From SAR86 cluster bacterium (lineage in GTDB: Bacteria; Pseudomonadota; Gammaproteobacteria; Magnimaribacterales; TMED112), in assembly GCA_003331635.1 (NCBI GenBank), contig QOPH01000002.1:68721-132720 (forward strand): a stretch of 64,000 nucleotides of DNA, given 5' to 3'. The notes beneath the pieces are model-generated. The model saw nothing but the letters and a program-made list of their open reading frames with translations. It was not told the origin of the DNA and did no database searches. Positions 57,146-64,000 of this stretch are shown here, in pieces. Position 1 is the stretch's first letter. Each line of letters opens with the position of its first letter. A program made the position numbers and the translations under genes.

Positions 57146-57941
57146 AAAATTTGCATTTTCGAAGGATATTGCTACAACTATAGGTTTAGAGTGCGCGGTA
57201 ATCTACGAGTTCTTAAAAAATAAAAAAACTAATTACATTTCAATAAGTGAATTAAACGACGAGCTAAATTTTTGGCCTAATCAAAAAATAATTGGGTTCG
57301 TCGCCGAGTTAGATCAAAAGGGCTTAATTAGCTTTGATTTAAAAAGGGGAAGATTAAGCATAAAAAACAAAATTAGTAAAACTAAACTTCAAACTCCAAA
57401 ATCATTTGATAAATCAGAAATGGGGATAAATTGGCAGCCATCAGATGATGTTGTTGAGATTTTGCTTAAAGCAGAAATTAGTGAAGACTTTATTCACAAC
57501 TTAATTCCTGAATTTAGAGTTTATTGGATGGAGAAACCTGGAATTCATGTGTCATATAATTCAAAGTTCATTGAATATGCAAGGTTCAAGTGGGCTCAAT
57601 ACACTGCAGAGGTAGATACTAGAACAAAACCCTTTGTGATTGATGATAGTTGGCAACCATCAGATGAGTGTAGAGAAGTATTATCATTATCTGGAATATC
57701 AGAGGATTTTGCTAATGAAAAAATACTTGATTTTATTTTATATTGGAAACAAGACGGCAGAGCTTTCAATACATGGGATGTAAAATTCTTAAATCATGTA
57801 AAAACTTGTTGGAATAAAGAAGTTGAAAAAATTAAAAAAGAGCCCAAGATTAATATCGATTTTTATGAAGCTGAAGAAAAACCAAAATCAAAGAAATCAA
57901 ACTTAAATCTGAAAAAATACAGAAAAAAATACAATATCTAG
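57138..57941 (+). CDS. DnaT-like ssDNA-binding domain protein with two tandem repeats
   Basis: N-terminal wHTH-like part; repeated WQPSD......L....I.EDF......F..YW.......(Y/W)..KF...; TTG start. Confidence 0.7.
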   Translation: MDKKFAFSKDIATTIGLECAVIYEFLKNKKTNYISISELNDELNFWPNQKIIGFVAELDQKGLISFDLKRGRLSIKNKISKTKLQTPKSFDKSEMGINWQPSDDVVEILLKAEISEDFIHNLIPEFRVYWMEKPGIHVSYNSKFIEYARFKWAQYTAEVDTRTKPFVIDDSWQPSDECREVLSLSGISEDFANEKILDFILYWKQDGRAFNTWDVKFLNHVKTCWNKEVEKIKKEPKINIDFYEAEEKPKSKKSNLNLKKYRKKYNI

Positions 57942-57974
57942 CAACTAAAAATAGTTTTTATTGGTATTAAGAAC

Positions 57975-58973
57975 ATGAATAAGAAAAATATAAGAATGGC
58001 AGCGATTATACTTGGTGGTGTTTTCGTTTGGATGCTTTTAGGACTCTTTGCTCCAAGTGAGAGAGAGCCTGAAATTAGGGATGTTGAAAAACAAACGGTT
58101 CTAACTGTAAATTCAGAAGCTCAAGACTATAGTCTGCCAATAAGTATACAGTCAATTTCAGAGGCATTTTCAAAAGTTGATTTACGATCACAAACATCAG
58201 AGAAGGTTAAAAAAATTCATTTTCTCGATGGTGAGTTTGTGAAAAAAGATCAAGTAATTTGTGAATTAGAACCAGGTCAGAAATTTGCAAACTTTAAAAA
58301 ATCCGAAATACAGTATGAGTCATCAAAAAATCTTTATGGTAAAGGACTTATTTCTGAATCAGGATTAGTGACATCTGAAGCTACATATGAAGCATCAAAG
58401 GTTGATTATGAAAGAACAAAAATCAAAGCCTCTTTTGATGGTTTTGTAGAAAACCTAGCAAAAGAAGGGCAACTTCTTCAGAACGGACAGATATGTGCTT
58501 CTTTAATTTCTTTATCTCCTTTGAAGATTGTAGGAAATGTTTCTGAACTTTTAGTTAACAAAGTAAAAATTGGTCAAAATGTTACTGTGACATTCCTTTC
58601 AGGCGAGGAGTATAAGTCAAATTTAACATTCATAAGCTCTTCAGCTGATAAACAAACAAAAACATTTCAAGTCGAAACTGAAATTGAAAATGTTTCAAAT
58701 CTTATTAAAGACGGTTTAACCGGTACAATGACAATCTTTACTGACCCAGAGAAGGCACACTTTATTCCAACATCAGCATTTTTGCTTGCCGATAATGGAA
58801 ATGTTTCACTAGCATTAGTTATAGATGGAAAAATAGAGATAGTGGTTGTGAATATTCTTAGAGACACAATTGAAGGGGCTTGGGTTAGTGGGCTGCCAAA
58901 CTTATCAAGAATAGTGGTAGCGGGTCAAGGATTCGTTACACAGGGCGAAGAGGTAAATTTTAAGGATAAATAA
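57975..58973 (+). CDS. RND efflux membrane-fusion protein
   Basis: N-terminal TM, G..V.K...I, I.A.FDG, TF.VE and G....SGL.....VV.GQ motifs. Confidence 0.88.
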   Translation: MNKKNIRMAAIILGGVFVWMLLGLFAPSEREPEIRDVEKQTVLTVNSEAQDYSLPISIQSISEAFSKVDLRSQTSEKVKKIHFLDGEFVKKDQVICELEPGQKFANFKKSEIQYESSKNLYGKGLISESGLVTSEATYEASKVDYERTKIKASFDGFVENLAKEGQLLQNGQICASLISLSPLKIVGNVSELLVNKVKIGQNVTVTFLSGEEYKSNLTFISSSADKQTKTFQVETEIENVSNLIKDGLTGTMTIFTDPEKAHFIPTSAFLLADNGNVSLALVIDGKIEIVVVNILRDTIEGAWVSGLPNLSRIVVAGQGFVTQGEEVNFKDK

Positions 58974-61900
58974 TGGGAATTGTTTCAACAGCAGTAACTA
59001 AGTTTAGAACAAGTATCTTAATAATGATTTTTTGTATTCTTGCTGGGATATTAGGTAGAGCAAGTATGCCTATAGCATCAAATCCAAACGTTACATTCCC
59101 ATGGGTTAATGTTGTTGTTACTCTTGCAGGAGCTTCACCAGAAGACATGGCAAGACTTGTTGCAAAACCTATAGAAAATAGATTTTTAAGACTAGAGGGA
59201 CAAGAAGAAGTCTTTTCAGTAAGTGGGCAAAGCTATACCTATGTAAGGGTCAAATATGATATTGATTATGATATTGATCAAGCAATATTAGATGTTGAAA
59301 GAGCCGTTGGAGAGGTAAGAAACCAACTACCTCCTGAAGCAGAAGACCCGAGAGTTGTAGAATATGCTGATAATGATCAACCAATACTTGTCTATAGTAT
59401 TAGTGGCTTTTCAAATTTAAGGGCTGGATATCAAGTTGCCAAGAATATTGAAGAGCGATTAGAAAAAGTTCCAGGTGTTCTGGAAATTTCTGTTGATGGA
59501 GTTCCAGAAGAACTTCTTGAAGTTTCTGTATCAAAGTCAAAACTTGAGGGTCTCGGTGTTACTCTTGGCGAAATTGCTAATGCTGTTAGATTTAACAATG
59601 TATTAATTCCAGCAGGTTTTCAAGATACAGGTTCAGGTAGATTTGCTGTTGAGATTCCAAGTGTTTTTGAAACTAGTGAGGATGTTTATAACCTTCCAAT
59701 CAAAGCATCAGGTTCAAAGGTTGTTAAGCTTGGAGATGTTGCCCAAATAAAAAGAACATTCAAAGATCCCTCTAGTTTTTCAAGAGTAAATGGAAAAGAT
59801 GCAATCACTCTCTCTATTAAAAAAAGAGTTGGATTTAATGAACTTGATATTGCAAATACAGTAAGAGAGCAAATTGATGGCTTTAAATCTGAACTACCTC
59901 AAAAACTTTTAATTACTCCTGGACTAGATACAACCCAGTTTGCTGGGGACATGGTAAATGAATTACAAGGCAATATCATTACCGCTGTTGTTTTGGTGAT
60001 GGTTCTTGTAGTTGCCACTCTAGGTTTAAGAAATGGAATTATAGTAGGAATTGCGATTCCTTTTTCTTTCCTTGTAACTTTTGGAGTCCTTTATTACGTC
60101 CTTGGCTATGAATTTAATTTCCTAGTAATGTTTGGAATGCTGTTAGGTCTTGGCATGTTAATAGATGGTGGAATAGTTATTGTCGAGTACGCAGATAAAT
60201 TAATTGATAAAGGCCAGAACCGATTAGAAGCCTACAAAAATTCTGCTCAAAGAATGTTTACCCCGGTTGTGGCTTCTGTTCTTACAACAGTTGCTGCATT
60301 TACACCATTAATGGTTTGGCCAGGTATGTCTGGTAAATTTATGAGATATTTGCCAATAACTGTTTTTGTTGTTCTGATGGCCTCTTTAGCTTATGCATTA
60401 ATATTTGCACCTGTTATTGGTTCATTATTTGGTAGAAGAAAAAGACAAAAAGATGAATCAAATGATAATGATGATACATTTCTAAAAAGAATATATAAAA
60501 AAGCAATTAACTTTTCTCTTAAAAATCCACTTGAAACAATTGCATATACGTTTTTCTTTGTGATGTTGGTGATTCCCCTAGGAATAGTTGGAAATTATGG
60601 AAAAAGTTTTGTTTACTTTCCAAGTGTTGATCCTTGGATAATTAATGTCAATATTCAGGCGAGAGGGAATATCTCTCCTTATGAAGCAAAAAACATGGCT
60701 TTAGAGGTTGAGGATAAAATTATAGGTCTCAAAGGAGTTGATGATGTTCTAATGACAGTTTCAAATTCTGACTGGGGTGGAGGCTCCGGTGTCGCAAGAG
60801 GATATATTCTTGTTGAAGATCCCAAAACATTAGACATAAGTGGTTTCGAAGTTTTAGACAACATTAGAAATCAGTTTGATGATAATGCAGGTTACAAGGT
60901 GACTGTTAGAGAAGTTCAAGAAGGGCCTGGGCAATTTACAGCACCAGTTGAAATAAGACTTCTTAGTGAAAATAGAGGCTTAATAGATAAAAAGACTCTT
61001 GAGTTGAGAGACTATATTGAAAATAACATTGATGGTTTAACTGGCCTATCAGATACAACTCCAAAATATAAAATTGAATGGAAGTTAGATGTTGATAAAG
61101 AGCGTGCATATCAAGCTGAAATAAATTTATTTGAAATTGGCTCTGCAGTTCAAATGGTTACAAATGGAATATTATTAGGAGAATATCGACCAGATGACTC
61201 ACGCGAAGAAATTGAAATTAGAGCAAGATTTCCTGCAGATCAAAGAACTCTCTCAAGCTTGGATCAAATTTCAGTAAATACAAGAAATGGAGCTGTTCCT
61301 GTTTCAAGTTTTGTTAAAGTTGATGCAAGACAGAATGCAACATCCTTGAATAAAATTGATGGGAAATATTACCACGAGATAAGTGGAATAAATAAACCTG
61401 GATACAACCTCTATGATGAGATATCAAAAATTAAACAATGGATGAAGGATAATGATTTTGAGGATCCTAGAATGGAGGTTAGATTTGGTGGTTTAACTCA
61501 ACAAGGTGATGAGGCTACAAACTTTCTCCTTTTAGCAATGGTAGGAGCATTATTTCTGATGTTCATTATTCTAGTAACCCAATTTAATAGCATATCCCAA
61601 CCTATAATCATTTTGATGTCTGTAATTTTTTCAACTTCTGGAGTCTTCTTGGGACTTACTATTTCACAAGTTGAGCCCTCAACTATAATGACTGGAACGG
61701 CAATAGTAGGTCTAGCTGGAATTGTTGTAAATAACAACATTGTTTTAATAGATACGTATAATCGACTAAAGATAGATTTTCCTGATAAAAATATTGAAGA
61801 GCTAATCACAGAAACTTGCATGAGCAGATTGCGACCTGTTCTTCTTACAACAATTACCACAATATTTGGTCTTATTTTCCTTGCTTCTGGATATAGTATC

Positions 61901-62089
61901 GACTTACTAAATCAAACAGTATATGAGGGAACTTCAACTGTAAAATGGTATCAAGCATTTGGAATCAGCATTTGTTGGGGCTTAGGATTTAGTACGGTGA
62001 TTACACTTATTGCTACCCCTGCTCTTCTTATGATTCTTGAAAAATTTACAAACTGGTCTAAAAATTTACGTGGCGGATATACCAGCTAA
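58973..62089 (+). CDS. RND efflux permease (AcrB/AcrD/AcrF family)
   Basis: 1038 aa with two-repeat TM architecture; GMLIDGGIVIVE, GIVVNNNIVLID and RLRPVLLT motifs. Confidence 0.93.
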   Translation: MGIVSTAVTKFRTSILIMIFCILAGILGRASMPIASNPNVTFPWVNVVVTLAGASPEDMARLVAKPIENRFLRLEGQEEVFSVSGQSYTYVRVKYDIDYDIDQAILDVERAVGEVRNQLPPEAEDPRVVEYADNDQPILVYSISGFSNLRAGYQVAKNIEERLEKVPGVLEISVDGVPEELLEVSVSKSKLEGLGVTLGEIANAVRFNNVLIPAGFQDTGSGRFAVEIPSVFETSEDVYNLPIKASGSKVVKLGDVAQIKRTFKDPSSFSRVNGKDAITLSIKKRVGFNELDIANTVREQIDGFKSELPQKLLITPGLDTTQFAGDMVNELQGNIITAVVLVMVLVVATLGLRNGIIVGIAIPFSFLVTFGVLYYVLGYEFNFLVMFGMLLGLGMLIDGGIVIVEYADKLIDKGQNRLEAYKNSAQRMFTPVVASVLTTVAAFTPLMVWPGMSGKFMRYLPITVFVVLMASLAYALIFAPVIGSLFGRRKRQKDESNDNDDTFLKRIYKKAINFSLKNPLETIAYTFFFVMLVIPLGIVGNYGKSFVYFPSVDPWIINVNIQARGNISPYEAKNMALEVEDKIIGLKGVDDVLMTVSNSDWGGGSGVARGYILVEDPKTLDISGFEVLDNIRNQFDDNAGYKVTVREVQEGPGQFTAPVEIRLLSENRGLIDKKTLELRDYIENNIDGLTGLSDTTPKYKIEWKLDVDKERAYQAEINLFEIGSAVQMVTNGILLGEYRPDDSREEIEIRARFPADQRTLSSLDQISVNTRNGAVPVSSFVKVDARQNATSLNKIDGKYYHEISGINKPGYNLYDEISKIKQWMKDNDFEDPRMEVRFGGLTQQGDEATNFLLLAMVGALFLMFIILVTQFNSISQPIIILMSVIFSTSGVFLGLTISQVEPSTIMTGTAIVGLAGIVVNNNIVLIDTYNRLKIDFPDKNIEELITETCMSRLRPVLLTTITTIFGLIFLASGYSIDLLNQTVYEGTSTVKWYQAFGISICWGLGFSTVITLIATPALLMILEKFTNWSKNLRGGYTS

Positions 62090-62134
62090 CCTTAAATCAA
62101 ATAGTTTTATAAAATTTAAGGTAAAATATTTACC

Positions 62135-62347
62135 ATGGCAAAGTTTGAAGAATCAATTAAAGAACTAGAAAAAATTGTTAAAACACTTGAAGATGATGAT
62201 CCCAGCTTAGAGGATTCATTAAAGAAATTTGAGAAAGGTGTAGCCTTAATAAAAGTGTGTCAAAAGGAACTTGAGACAGCGGAAAATAAAATTAAAGAGC
62301 TTACTGAAAATGGCGATACAAAAATCTTCGACGAAAACAGCTCTTGA
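62135..62347 (+). CDS. xseB: Exodeoxyribonuclease VII small subunit
   Basis: FEE....LE.IV..LE.....LE.SL..FE.G..L...C...L..AE pattern; xseB-ispA-dxs synteny. Confidence 0.95.
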   Translation: MAKFEESIKELEKIVKTLEDDDPSLEDSLKKFEKGVALIKVCQKELETAENKIKELTENGDTKIFDENSS

Positions 62348-63203
62348 TCTTGGTAACTTTGAATCAGTTGTTGATGAAAAACTAAATTCAATATTTCAAA
62401 GGTTAACAAAAAATCAAACCACTATAGACAAATCCATTAGTTACGCCTTATCTAACCCAGGTAAAAGAATTCGACCCACTCTAGTCTTTCTAGTAGGGGA
62501 CTTTTTGGGAATAGAAACATCACGCCTAGAAAGCATTGCTGGTGCAATCGAATTAATACATACTTATTCTTTAGTCCATGATGACCTGCCCTGCATGGAT
62601 GATGATGATTTAAGAAGAGGAAAACCCACCCTCCATAAAAAATTTAATGAATCTACTGCTGTTCTTGCAGGTGATGCGCTACAGACATTAGCCTTTAATT
62701 TAATTCTAGATGATAAAAATTTAAATATTTCTGAAAAACAAGATCTACTTAGTGACTTAGCAAAAAGGATAGGTCCTGAAGGAATGGTTCTAGGACAAAA
62801 TTTAGATATTGAATACGAACAGAAAAATCCAACTTTTGATGAAATCATGAAAATGAATAGATTAAAAACTGGATTATTAATAGAATTTTCAATTTTATCC
62901 TCATTTTATTTAAAAGGAGACTTAACTAAAGATTGGTACCAATTAGCTAAAAATATTGGAATAAGCTTTCAATTAATTGATGATATGCTTGATTTATCAG
63001 AGACTACAGAAAAAATTGGTAAAACAGCAAAAAAAGATCTTGAGAATAATAAAAAAACCATTCCAATATGTTTTGGAATTGACAAAACAATGATTGAGGT
63101 AGATAAATTTAAAGAAAGTACAATGGAAATATGTGAAAAACTTTGTTTAAATAACCATCCTCTATCAGCTTTTATTGATAGTTTGTTTTCAAGAAAATTT
63201 TAA
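62310..63203 (+). CDS. ispA: Farnesyl diphosphate synthase
   Basis: GKRIRP, SLVHDDLPCMDDDDLRRG, GQ.LD, KTG and FQLIDD motifs; ATG at 62310 likely. Confidence 0.93.
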   Translation: MAIQKSSTKTALDLGNFESVVDEKLNSIFQRLTKNQTTIDKSISYALSNPGKRIRPTLVFLVGDFLGIETSRLESIAGAIELIHTYSLVHDDLPCMDDDDLRRGKPTLHKKFNESTAVLAGDALQTLAFNLILDDKNLNISEKQDLLSDLAKRIGPEGMVLGQNLDIEYEQKNPTFDEIMKMNRLKTGLLIEFSILSSFYLKGDLTKDWYQLAKNIGISFQLIDDMLDLSETTEKIGKTAKKDLENNKKTIPICFGIDKTMIEVDKFKESTMEICEKLCLNNHPLSAFIDSLFSRKF

Positions 63204-64000
63204 ATGAAAAAGTTTGATAAATTTCCTTTAAAGGAACCTGTTTCTGAATTTTTAAAAGAAATAAATTCTCCAAAGGACTTAAAAAAGTTAAATCTGGAAC
63301 AGCTCAATATTCTTGCTGATGAATTAAGAGAATTTTTGTTGTATTCAGTCAGTCAGTCTGGAGGACATTTTGGGGCAGGATTAGGTGCGATTGAATTGAC
63401 TATTGCTCTTCACAGTGTCCTTAATCTCCCTGATGACAAGATTGTCTGGGATACAGGACACCAAGCATATCCTCACAAAATTTTGACTGGCCGTAAGGAC
63501 AAAATGCATCTTATGAGGAAACTTAATGGTATTGCTGCCTTTCCATCTATAACTGAATCAGTTTATGACGCAATGAGCGTTGGGCACTCTAGCACTTCAA
63601 TAAGTGCAGCACTTGGAATGAATGAAGCTAACTTAAGTAAAGATAGTAAAAAAAATGTTTTTGCTGTTATTGGTGATGGTGCAATGACAGCAGGTATTGC
63701 TTTTGAGGCAATGATGCATGCTGGTCATCTTGATAATAATCTAAAAATTATTCTAAATGATAATGATATGTCAATTTCTAAAAATAAGGGTGGGCTATCA
63801 GATTATCTTGCCAAAATTTGGGCATCAAAATCATATAAAAAACTTAAATCTAGTGGTAAAAGTGTATTGAACAAACTTCCTTATGCTCTGCATATTTCAA
63901 GAAATTTAAAGGATGGAATTAAGTCGGCAATAATGCCAGGAAATCTTTTTGAGGATATTGGAATTAATTATATTGGTCCAATTGATGGTCATGACATTGA
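63204..64000 (+). CDS. dxs: 1-deoxy-D-xylulose-5-phosphate synthase, 3'-truncated by the window
   Basis: Not in the ORF track; read manually: SGGHFGAGLG.IELT.ALH, WDTGHQAYPHKILTGR, GHSSTSISA, IGDGAMTAG, NDN, YIGPIDGHD. Confidence 0.96.
   Translation, partial: MKKFDKFPLKEPVSEFLKEINSPKDLKKLNLEQLNILADELREFLLYSVSQSGGHFGAGLGAIELTIALHSVLNLPDDKIVWDTGHQAYPHKILTGRKDKMHLMRKLNGIAAFPSITESVYDAMSVGHSSTSISAALGMNEANLSKDSKKNVFAVIGDGAMTAGIAFEAMMHAGHLDNNLKIILNDNDMSISKNKGGLSDYLAKIWASKSYKKLKSSGKSVLNKLPYALHISRNLKDGIKSAIMPGNLFEDIGINYIGPIDGHDI

Noticed and set aside
78-62848. Many short antisense or alternate-frame ORFs in the track (e.g. 37732-38340, 43727-44305, 47384-47995)
   Set aside because: They lie wholly within well-supported genes, are Ser/Ile/Phe-rich shadows of AT-rich codon usage, and show no motifs
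1-64000. CRISPR arrays, IS elements, rRNA, defence systems
   Set aside because: No repeat-spacer pattern, transposase, rRNA-like stretch or recognisable defence domain; almost all bases are accounted for by CDSs

Overview
Very AT-rich (about 30% GC by eye, not computed), extremely gene-dense bacterial DNA with many overlapping stop/start codons. Gene content and order (gyrA-serC-CM-tyrA-aroA-cmk-rpsA-pyrF, ubiG-HAD-yciK, scpAB, split pntA, ahcY, DnaT-like protein) point to a streamlined marine gammaproteobacterium, most consistent with SAR86 (inference). Positions 1-~27900 are the right part of a mosaic surface-polysaccharide (O-antigen/LPS-like) island that is cut off at the left window edge and ends at tRNA-Leu(UAA)/tRNA-Cys(GCA). 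Positions ~29800-64000 are core genes, several of them domain-trimmed (PheS, PheT, S1, Pgi). The top candidate for a new system is a five-gene cassette (10635-15446): NeuA-like CMP-transferase, GT2 fused to a degenerate CMP-transferase, Gfo/Idh/MocA oxidoreductase, a type I-beta DAHP-synthase paralogue with altered active-site motifs (GPC->GPN, KPRTS->KPLSF), and an altered shikimate dehydrogenase. It looks like shikimate-pathway enzymes repurposed to make a CMP-activated ulosonic sugar. The second candidate is a GT2-CofD/YvcK fusion coupled to a nucleotidyltransferase. All protein calls come from motif recognition; no database searches were run.
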